48,775 bases of DNA from a bacterium. Lineage in GTDB: Bacteria > Patescibacteriota > Minisyncoccia > Minisyncoccales > UBA10102. Location: the NCBI GenBank assembly GCA_030698665.1, contig JAUYMI010000007.1:1-48775 (forward strand). Direction: 5' to 3'. Position 1 is the first letter of the stretch; every line of letters starts with the position of its first letter. Shown one piece after another: positions 18,588-25,481 of the stretch. A program made the translations under genes and the position numbers. Below the pieces are notes generated by a model. It was not told the origin of the DNA. It worked only from the letters and a program-made list of their open reading frames with translations, and did not search any database.

Positions 18588-18692
18588 GTTGTGCTAGTAT
18601 ATGGGAAGAAGAAAGATGACCATGCTGAGCATGACGAGGGCGACGACCACAATCCAGAAGACCCTGACTACTTTGTGTTGCTTCATTCCAGT

Positions 18693-19076
18693 ATGGTAGC
18701 AAGGAAGATCAAAAAGCGCAAAGTGGCAGAGAAGAAGAGCTCTGCGTATACCGGGGGTTTTGCCGTCATCTTCCTTGGCATTCTTATCGTTTTAGGGTAT
18801 AACAACGTGAGAATTCAGCAGAAACGAGGAGAGTTGGTGACTCAGGCAGAACAGCTTGCGGGCAAGGTAGGGGAGCTTCAGGCGCAGGAAGAGAAGCTCA
18901 AGACCCAGTCCCTCAACGCCGAAGCGCCAGAGTACCAAGAGCGCATACTGAGAGAGCAGGGGCTGTACAAGAAGGAAGGGGAAGAGGTGATTACCGTGCT
19001 TCCTCCAGAACAAGTCCGGGCCGTTGCGCCAAAACCCGAGCGCGTTTGGTGGAACCCCTGGACATGGTTTAAGTAA
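18693..19076 (+). CDS. Septum formation initiator (FtsB/DivIC-like) protein
   Basis: ORF 18591..19076 with internal ATG at 18693. Basic N-terminus, one TM helix (FAVIFLGILIVLGY), a coiled-coil (LVTQAEQLAGKVGELQAQEEKLK) and ILREQGLYKKEGEEVI. Confidence 0.6.
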   Translation: MVARKIKKRKVAEKKSSAYTGGFAVIFLGILIVLGYNNVRIQQKRGELVTQAEQLAGKVGELQAQEEKLKTQSLNAEAPEYQERILREQGLYKKEGEEVITVLPPEQVRAVAPKPERVWWNPWTWFK

Positions 19077-19149
19077 TGCGGGACGTAATAATTTCTTTCA
19101 GAAATTAAACGTTCCAGCAACGTAAAATTTTATTGAAAATTTGTACGTT

Positions 19150-19220
19150 GCGGGTGTAACACAGTGGCAGTGTGCTTGCTTCCCAAGCAAGATACGCGAG
19201 TTCGATTCTCGTCACCCGCT
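19150..19220 (+). tRNA. tRNA-Gly (anticodon CCC)
   Basis: Hand-folded cloverleaf. Acceptor GCGGGTG/CACCCGC, D stem ACAC/GTGT, anticodon stem CTTGC/GCAAG with loop TTCCCAA, T arm GCGAG-TTCGATT-CTCGT. CCA is not encoded. Confidence 0.9.
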
Positions 19221-19230
19221 CAAGGAGCGC

Positions 19231-19304
19231 GCCGATGTAGCTTAGTGGTAAAGCAATGGTTTCGTAAACCATGGACGGCAGTTCGATTCTGCCCGTCGGC
19301 TCCA
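19231..19304 (+). tRNA. tRNA-Thr (anticodon CGU), CCA encoded
   Basis: Acceptor GCCGATG/CGTCGGC (one G-U pair), D stem GCTT/AAGC, anticodon stem ATGGT/ACCAT with loop TTCGTAA, T arm GGCAG-TTCGATT-CTGCC, then T-CCA. Confidence 0.9.
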
Positions 19305-19311
19305 ATGGCAA

Positions 19312-19349
19312 CGGGGGGGTCCCCGGTTCGAATCCGGGAGGTGGCTCCA
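19312..19349 (+). pseudogene. Orphan tRNA 3' half (T arm + 3' acceptor strand + CCA) with no 5' half
   Basis: CCCGG-TTCGAAT-CCGGG (19322-19338), then AGGTGGC-T-CCA (19339-19349). It begins only a few nt after tRNA-Thr ends. The matching 5' acceptor strand GCCACCT is absent nearby. Confidence 0.6.
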
Positions 19350-19394
19350 GAATCAGAGTTTCAGAAAACGGAATGAATGTATTATAGTAGAACT

Positions 19395-19577
19395 ATGGAT
19401 CAGCCAGATACACAAGCATTGGAAAAAAAGATAGACGCATTGCAGCGTTCTATAGACAGGCTCAATAAGATATTTTTTTGGACGCTTATTATAACCGTGG
19501 CCTTGTTTCTCCTTCCTCTTCTCGGCCTTTTGCTGGTTATTCCTCAATTTCTTTCGAGCTACAGCACTTTACTATAA
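19395..19577 (+). CDS. Small membrane protein, hypothetical
   Basis: ORF 19377..19577, likely ATG at 19395. Polar coiled N-terminus (ALEKKIDALQRSIDRLNK) followed by one long hydrophobic helix. Confidence 0.4.
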   Translation: MDQPDTQALEKKIDALQRSIDRLNKIFFWTLIITVALFLLPLLGLLLVIPQFLSSYSTLL

Positions 19578-19660
19578 TGGTTGACAGGGGACGGAGATGA
19601 TTGGACAACTTCGTGAAGTTTTGATTTTTACCTTAGTTTTCGGCTGGATTTTTTCCGGGA

Positions 19661-19689
19661 TAGACACAAGTTTTTTAGTTTTATATAAT
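19661..19689 (+). promoter_or_regulatory. Candidate promoter in the AT-rich spacer
   Basis: TAGACA (19661-19666), 17 nt spacer, TATAAT (19684-19689). Lies upstream of the small ORF at 19761. Confidence 0.35.
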
Positions 19690-19760
19690 GAATTCAATGA
19701 TGATAGAAACAAATAAAGGTCGAGTTTCTGCAATTACATTATTCAGTAAAGCCATAAGCC

Positions 19761-19910
19761 ATGAAATACATAGTTACATTTATTCTGGCATTTGCATTAT
19801 TGGCAGTCGGTTCTAACGCCTTGGCGGCAAAAGGAGGAATAAAAGGCCCCCCAGGCAGTGGTGATGGAGGAGACGGCTCCACGCCACCCCCAGCTCAGCC
19901 GTTCGTTTAG
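19761..19910 (+). CDS. Candidate small secreted Gly/Pro-rich peptide (49 aa, below the ORF-track cutoff)
   Basis: My translation: MKYIVTFILAFALLAVGSNALA/AKGGIKGPPGSGDGGDGSTPPPAQPFV*. Classical signal peptide with an A-x-A site. No clear SD. Followed by a perfect hairpin. Confidence 0.35.
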   Translation: MKYIVTFILAFALLAVGSNALAAKGGIKGPPGSGDGGDGSTPPPAQPFV

Positions 19911-19918
19911 GTTTGGTT

Positions 19919-19949
19919 TCTCGCTTCCAACAGAATATTGGAAGCGAGA
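19919..19949 (+). terminator. Perfect 11 bp stem hairpin (terminator or regulatory element)
   Basis: TCTCGCTTCCA (19919-19929), 9 nt loop, TGGAAGCGAGA (19939-19949). No downstream T tract. It sits 15 nt before ATG 19964. Confidence 0.4.
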
Positions 19950-19963
19950 GGCGAGATTTAAAT

Positions 19964-21466
19964 ATGAACGCTATGACGGAAAAATTTAAAATTTGGTATT
20001 TGTATATAACGGTTTTTGCGACTGGAGCGGCAATTTTAATCATTGAAATTTTAGGAACAAGAGTCATCTCTCCCTTCTACGGCACAACTATTTTTGTTTG
20101 GTCTTCGCTTATCATCGTTACGTTGAGCGCGCTTGCTTTGGGATATTGGTTAGGAGGGAAAATAGCGGATAGGCGGCCGGATGTTAGAATTTTTTATTCT
20201 CTTGTTTTAACGGCAGGCATCGCCACCTCGCTTATTATGAAAATAGATCAGCCGATACTTGTTTTTGCCGATCGGTTTGGATTTCAATTTGGTCCTCTGG
20301 TTGCGACATTTATTCTTTTTTCTGTTCCTCTGTTTTTACTTGGTGCATTGACTCCGTTTATTGTTCGTCTTCGGATGAAATTGCCTGAAAGGGCAGGCGA
20401 ATCGTCGGGCAATATTTTTGCCATTGCGACACTTGGATCGCTTGCTGGAGCTCTCTTGGCAGGGTTTGTTCTGATGCCGAGATTTTCTTTATCCGCCATT
20501 TTTTTCTTTATAGCAGGATTTCTTATAATAATCGCGTTCGCGGGTCTTCTCATGGAAAAGCAGTTTGCAAAAAATCCAACAAGAATCCTTTTTCTATTGC
20601 TCGCTTTCGGTTTTTTTGCGTTTCCGACACTGCGCTATGCGGAAGCAACGACAAATAATTTTGAGGTGCTTTACGCAGAACCAAATTTTAATAGCGACCT
20701 AAAAATAGTGAAGGTAGGCGAAAATATATGCATAGCTATGGACGGCGCGCTGCAGACGTGCAAATCAACGGGAAGTAATGGGCAGTTATTTTCCTATTTT
20801 GAGGAGTTGAAAAGCATCGTAAGCGAAAAAACGTACGGGGATATTCTTATTTTGGGCTCTGGAGGCGGCGCAATGCTGACGCTTTTTGCTCCAGATCAGC
20901 GTCTTGACGCGGTTGAAATAAACCCAAAGATGGTTGTTTTGGGAGAGCAGCGCCTTGGATTTAAAGCGGGACCAAATCAGAGTATCGTTATAGATGACGC
21001 GCGCAATTTTTTGCGAAAGACAGATAAAAAATATGATTTGGTTATCATGGACGTGTCTAAAGGATTTACTATTCCAAGCCATCTTTTTGCCAAAGAATAT
21101 TTTGAGATTTTAGCAAGTCATTTGAACCAGAACGGCGTTTTGGCAATAAACTTTTTTGGCCGCACAGAACCAGAAGACACGCTGACCGCGTCGGTAGTAA
21201 AAACCCTACAAACCATTTTTCCCAACACGGCTGTTGCGGCGCCGGATATTGGTTTGCAGAACTTGCTCATTTTTGCTTCATTTAGCGATTTGAGTCCAGT
21301 TGTTTCTTCACTGGCGACATACAGGGAAGCAAAACTAAACGCCAAAGACGGCATCGTATTCACGGATGACAAAAATCTTTCAGAAACACTGATTTTGCCC
21401 AATCTGGAAACCCTGCGGAACAGTTTAAAAGGCATCGGCGGTTTTAAACTTCTTTTTGCCAATTAA
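19964..21466 (+). CDS. Fused polytopic membrane domain / spermidine synthase-like SAM-dependent transferase
   Basis: ORF 19913..21466 with ATG at 19964. About 7 N-terminal TM helices, then ILILGSGGGAML..DAVEINPKMV..DDARNFL..YDLVIMDV (spermine/spermidine synthase fold). Confidence 0.8.
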   Translation: MNAMTEKFKIWYLYITVFATGAAILIIEILGTRVISPFYGTTIFVWSSLIIVTLSALALGYWLGGKIADRRPDVRIFYSLVLTAGIATSLIMKIDQPILVFADRFGFQFGPLVATFILFSVPLFLLGALTPFIVRLRMKLPERAGESSGNIFAIATLGSLAGALLAGFVLMPRFSLSAIFFFIAGFLIIIAFAGLLMEKQFAKNPTRILFLLLAFGFFAFPTLRYAEATTNNFEVLYAEPNFNSDLKIVKVGENICIAMDGALQTCKSTGSNGQLFSYFEELKSIVSEKTYGDILILGSGGGAMLTLFAPDQRLDAVEINPKMVVLGEQRLGFKAGPNQSIVIDDARNFLRKTDKKYDLVIMDVSKGFTIPSHLFAKEYFEILASHLNQNGVLAINFFGRTEPEDTLTASVVKTLQTIFPNTAVAAPDIGLQNLLIFASFSDLSPVVSSLATYREAKLNAKDGIVFTDDKNLSETLILPNLETLRNSLKGIGGFKLLFAN

Positions 21467-21471
21467 AGATT

Positions 21472-23151
21472 ATGCGTACAATTTGCAAAAAAAATATTAT
21501 CACCCTGCTTATTGCGGCAGCAGTATTTGGAGGAATGATTTTTTGGGCTAATCCTGTTTTTGCGGCGGGTACATTCACCACCAATCAAAGCCATTTTCAG
21601 TTTAAGGGCGACACCGGCGGAGAAACAGCTACGGACTGGCTTGCGGCTCAAGACGCTAATCTTAGTAGATTGACTAACAGTAATTTCCGTGTCCGCATCC
21701 ATTTTTATGAATCTGGCAATGTTACTGGTTCGGTAACCCCTCTTTTGGAATACAAACTAGCCTCTGGCAGCGCCTGTACCGATACAACAGGATGGACAAC
21801 CATTACTACCAGCACCACAAACGCGTTTGCCCTTGTTGATTCAGCTAATTTTACTGAACCGGTCGTAACCACCGAACAGTTATCAAGCCAGGGCGGCGTA
21901 ACGTTCACGGCCGGAGAACTTCTGGACCAAACCAACCCGGGTTCTTCTGTTGCCATCGGTCCAAAAAATGAAACTGAATACGTTTGGAATATTAAAGCGA
22001 CCGATAGCGCGTCTGCAACCGCTTACATTTTTCGGGTCAGCAATAACGGCACTAACTTAACAAATTATAATGTCTGCCCGCAGGTTACCGTTCTTGTTCC
22101 ACCTGATTTAACTTGGGCAACCGGCGCGGCTGATTTTGAAATTTTTACGTCCAGTTCGCTCACATGGGATGCCGGTGGTCCGGCAGTGTGTTCGGGAACT
22201 CTTACCGACACCAATGCCGATACAATTTCTTGCTCAAGCGGTTCTGTCGCCAACTCAACGCAATATAGGGTGCAGGCGGTTTTGAAGAATGTCGGTGGCA
22301 TAGCAAGGATGATAAGCACACCTGAATATGTTGACCATAAAAATGTCAAAGCCGGCTGGGCAGGAACCAATCCGACTTTAGGGACTTGCGGGTTTAACGA
22401 TTTTGGGTTGGACGATGATGTTAGTGTTGTTTGCATCCTCGCTTACGTTGGCAATGATGTTAGAATAACAAATGAACCTCCAATTACCCCTGACAATGTA
22501 CTAATTAGCACAGGTGAAACCGAGGGCTTTATGTATTTGATTACCACTGACAGCGATGTTCCGTCTTCTGACTCCACAAGCTATATGGACACTTCAATTG
22601 ATGATATAATACAAGATTCAAGCAAAATTACGATTACCGGCTCGGCCGCCGGGCCGACTCTTACTTTCAGTATCAGTGACAATGCAATCGGCTTTAGCAA
22701 CCTTGATAGCGCAAATGAAAGATGGGCTACTGGAAGCGGTTCTGGGAGCCCGACCGAAACCCCGGCCCACACTTTAACCGCCTCCACCAACGCCACAAAC
22801 GGATACACCATTACCGTAAACGGAACTACCCTTGCATCCACTGGCACGCCAAGCCATACCATCACTGCCATTGGGGCTTCTGCGGCTAACGTTACAACAG
22901 GAAATGGCACAGAGCAGTTTGGCATACGATTAACAGCTTCAGGGACTGGAACTCCCAGCTCTCCTTATAATGGGGCTACCAATATGTATGCCTTAGATAC
23001 TGCCGCCTTTCCTGATGCAATTGCTACGGGCGCTGGAGATGGCAGCTCCACAATCTATTCTGTTTTTTACGCGGCAAACATTGCCGCCACAACGGAAGCG
23101 CATACGGATTACACAGCTTCTCTCACCTATGTTGCCACGGGAAATTTCTAA
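21472..23151 (+). CDS. Secreted surface protein, paralog A; C-terminal module of about 164 aa shared with 23233..24342
   Basis: Signal peptide ..ANPVFA/AG; Thr/Ser/Asn-rich. The C-terminal module (from about 22657) aligns with the next gene, and the last 19 aa are identical (TEAHTDYTASLTYVATGNF). Confidence 0.75.
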   Translation: MRTICKKNIITLLIAAAVFGGMIFWANPVFAAGTFTTNQSHFQFKGDTGGETATDWLAAQDANLSRLTNSNFRVRIHFYESGNVTGSVTPLLEYKLASGSACTDTTGWTTITTSTTNAFALVDSANFTEPVVTTEQLSSQGGVTFTAGELLDQTNPGSSVAIGPKNETEYVWNIKATDSASATAYIFRVSNNGTNLTNYNVCPQVTVLVPPDLTWATGAADFEIFTSSSLTWDAGGPAVCSGTLTDTNADTISCSSGSVANSTQYRVQAVLKNVGGIARMISTPEYVDHKNVKAGWAGTNPTLGTCGFNDFGLDDDVSVVCILAYVGNDVRITNEPPITPDNVLISTGETEGFMYLITTDSDVPSSDSTSYMDTSIDDIIQDSSKITITGSAAGPTLTFSISDNAIGFSNLDSANERWATGSGSGSPTETPAHTLTASTNATNGYTITVNGTTLASTGTPSHTITAIGASAANVTTGNGTEQFGIRLTASGTGTPSSPYNGATNMYALDTAAFPDAIATGAGDGSSTIYSVFYAANIAATTEAHTDYTASLTYVATGNF

Positions 23152-23232
23152 GTTATCCACAGCACACTCGCTTGACTTGGTTTTTTGTACTATACTATTT
23201 TAAGATGTAAGTATTAAGCAGTATAAACAACA

Positions 23233-24342
23233 ATGAAAGGTATTCGTTTTGTAACCAGTGTCGGACTTATTTTCTCGCTTCTCTTGGCTTTGTTCGGTCC
23301 GCCTTTCCAGATTGCGCAGGCAGCCGCCTTAACTGGTATGTCTGCCACGTTGTCTACTTTAAAAATAAGCACGGTGGCGAACCAGACCATTCTGTTCACT
23401 CTGTCAGCTACAGGAGGAGGAATAGCCGCCGGTGAAACCATCACATTGACATATGATTCGGACTTTGCCATACCCGTAGCCCTGGACTTTGAAGATATTG
23501 ACGTGAGCACCGACGCTACTCCAGATGGCGTGTGCGATACCGGCGACACCGAATTAACTCTTGCCGCCGCTGCCTCTGGCACAACGTGGGGAGCGATAGA
23601 CACAAGCACCACGGTTATTACCATTACTTCGGGCACGGGCACCATTGCGGCCTCGGTTGAAGTATGCGTTGAGATTGGGACCAATGCTGAATCAGTGATT
23701 ACCGGTATAGAGCGGATAACCAATGCCACCACTGCCGCTTCTCGCAACCTTACTCTTGGAGGCACCAATGGCGACACGGGAACCATTGTCATTACCACGG
23801 TCACAGATGACGTAGTGGTGGCAACCGCAACGGTAGCAGCCAGCTTGAGTTTCTCCATTTCAGACAACGATATTTTCTTTGGCACTTTGAGTACCAGCGC
23901 GAGCAAGTGGGCAGACAACACGGCAGACGGAAATGCCACGGCAGCCGTAGCCCATACCCTTATTGCGGGAACCAACAGCACGAGCGGATACACCATAACC
24001 GTGCAAGGGGCCACGCTCACTTCTACTGGCACGCCGGGTGACACCATTACTGCCATGGGCACGGAAGCCGTGCTTGACCCCTCGGGAGACGTAGAGCAGT
24101 TTGGCTTGCGCATTACGGCTGCGGGAGGTTCCGGAGCGGTTGACACAAACTATGACAACACTCCCGCTGACACCTACTTTTATGGAGCAAACGCGACCAC
24201 AACAGACGTTATCGCCACATCAGCGGGCGTCTCCGCTGACACAACATACTCTTTGTATTACGCCGCCAACATTGCTTCCAGTACTGAAGCCCACACGGAC
24301 TACACAGCTTCCCTCACCTACGTTGCAACGGGGAACTTTTAG
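23233..24342 (+). CDS. Secreted surface protein, paralog B, same C-terminal module
   Basis: Signal peptide ..FQIAQA/AA. The module starts at about 23842 (SLSFSISDNDIFFG..GYTITVQG..EQFGLRITA..YYAANIA..TEAHTDYTASLTYVATGNF). Confidence 0.75.
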   Translation: MKGIRFVTSVGLIFSLLLALFGPPFQIAQAAALTGMSATLSTLKISTVANQTILFTLSATGGGIAAGETITLTYDSDFAIPVALDFEDIDVSTDATPDGVCDTGDTELTLAAAASGTTWGAIDTSTTVITITSGTGTIAASVEVCVEIGTNAESVITGIERITNATTAASRNLTLGGTNGDTGTIVITTVTDDVVVATATVAASLSFSISDNDIFFGTLSTSASKWADNTADGNATAAVAHTLIAGTNSTSGYTITVQGATLTSTGTPGDTITAMGTEAVLDPSGDVEQFGLRITAAGGSGAVDTNYDNTPADTYFYGANATTTDVIATSAGVSADTTYSLYYAANIASSTEAHTDYTASLTYVATGNF

Positions 24343-24361
24343 GGAGAATATATATAATCTC

Positions 24362-24390
24362 TTGTTCTCTCCGTGGTGGCGTGATAGCAT
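24362..24390 (+). promoter_or_regulatory. Candidate extended -10 promoter abutting ATG 24397
   Basis: TTGTTC (24362-24367), 17 nt spacer ending in TGa, TAGCAT (24385-24390), then 6 nt to the ATG. Same GTGATAGCAT 10-mer as upstream of secD. Confidence 0.4.
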
Positions 24391-24396
24391 AACACT

Positions 24397-25473
24397 ATGA
24401 AATTTTTTGCAACCGTAGGCCTTTTTCTGCTTGCCGCCGTCATTGTACTGCCCGGTACAGCAGAAGCTCTTACTCTCTCTCCCGTACGCGAGGAGATTAC
24501 AGCGGACCCTGGTGAAACGGTGCATGGGGAACTTTTACTGATTAATGAGCAGGAGGGAACTAAGACCTTTTATTCAACTTTCGGGAACTTTGAAGCTTCA
24601 GGCGAATCGGGAACCCCGAGCTTTGTGGAGGGAAGAGAGGGGCTCGCGACTTGGATTGAGGCCGTGTCCTCGGTTACTCTTTCGCAGAATGAACAATTAG
24701 AGGTTCCCTATACCATACGGATACCTAAAAATGCCGCTCCCGGAGGCCACTTTGCCGCCATTTTTTGGAGCACTGTTCCTCCCAGAAGTCAAAGTGAGGG
24801 CGTTTCCATTGGCGCTAAAGTTGGTTCTTTGATTTTGCTTCGTGTGTCAGGAGAAATTCCGGAAGGAGGCGGAGTGCTGGAGTTTACAACAAAGGGCAAG
24901 CAGGGCTTTTTTAGCTCTCTGCCTATTGCTTTGGAGTACCGCTTCCAGAACGGGGGCGGGGACCGCTTAAAGCCGGAGGGGACGATAAGGATTACGAACC
25001 TCATTGGTTTTACCTCGGCTACCTTTAACGCGAACCCGGACGACGGGAACATTTTGCCTCAGTCCGTGAGAAAGTTTGATGTTCTTTGGGAGAAGGGAAA
25101 GGACGAAACAAAAAAGCTCCAAGGCGAGGGAGAGAAAACAGGAGGATTTTTTGGGGGATTGAAACAAGAATGGAGCAATATTGCATTTGGCAGATACACG
25201 GCTCATCTTGACGTAGTATATGGAGCGGAAGGGGAACGGGCACAGGCAAGCACGAGCTTCTTTGTTGTTCCTTGGAGGATTTTGAGCATACTCATCGTTA
25301 TACTCGCCATTCTGTCCTTTCTGTTTTCCTTGGGAATTAAACGTTACAACAAGTGGGTGACGCAAAAGGCGATTTCCCAGTTTCAGATGATGAACGCGGG
25401 GCGTACCGCACCAAGCAAGGCAATATCTACTGTGGCTCAAGCTTCAAAAAAACGCAGGCTTAAAACTCTATAA
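24397..25473 (+). CDS. Signal-peptide Ig-fold protein with a C-terminal TM anchor (DUF916/DUF3324-like architecture)
   Basis: Signal peptide ..GTAEA/LT, beta-rich domains (PGETVHGELLLINE.., IPKNAAPGGHFAAIFW) and a C-terminal helix ILSILIVILAILSFLFSLGI with a basic tail. Confidence 0.7.
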   Translation: MKFFATVGLFLLAAVIVLPGTAEALTLSPVREEITADPGETVHGELLLINEQEGTKTFYSTFGNFEASGESGTPSFVEGREGLATWIEAVSSVTLSQNEQLEVPYTIRIPKNAAPGGHFAAIFWSTVPPRSQSEGVSIGAKVGSLILLRVSGEIPEGGGVLEFTTKGKQGFFSSLPIALEYRFQNGGGDRLKPEGTIRITNLIGFTSATFNANPDDGNILPQSVRKFDVLWEKGKDETKKLQGEGEKTGGFFGGLKQEWSNIAFGRYTAHLDVVYGAEGERAQASTSFFVVPWRILSILIVILAILSFLFSLGIKRYNKWVTQKAISQFQMMNAGRTAPSKAISTVAQASKKRRLKTL

Positions 25474-25481
25474 AGGAGCGA

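Noticed and set aside
19312-19349. Reading the tRNA-like 3' fragment as the 3' end of a tmRNA, or as half of a split or permuted tRNA.
   Set aside because: The T stem is followed directly by a 7 nt acceptor strand, a discriminator and CCA, as in an ordinary tRNA. No complementary 5' strand (GCCACCT or GGGGCCA-type), tag-peptide ORF or pseudoknot region lies upstream or downstream. A recombination scar is the simpler explanation.
19598-19717. 39-codon ORF (MIGQLREVLIFTLVFGWIFSGIDTSFLVLYNEFNDDRNK*) in the AT-rich spacer.
   Set aside because: The GGAG lies directly against the ATG, which is the wrong spacing. The ORF overlaps the better-supported promoter candidate at 19661-19689, and AT-rich DNA readily produces Phe/Ile/Leu-rich ORFs.
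23214-24146. 310 aa minus-strand ORF. Other long antisense ORFs were also considered: 11840-12508, 13340-14143, 32835-33464, 35168-35899, 26671-27204 and 27602-28174.
   Set aside because: Each lies fully antisense to a + strand gene with recognisable motifs or a clear signal-peptide and domain architecture. Their translations are low-complexity (Pro/Arg/Ser/Val-rich) with no start context. They are shadow ORFs.
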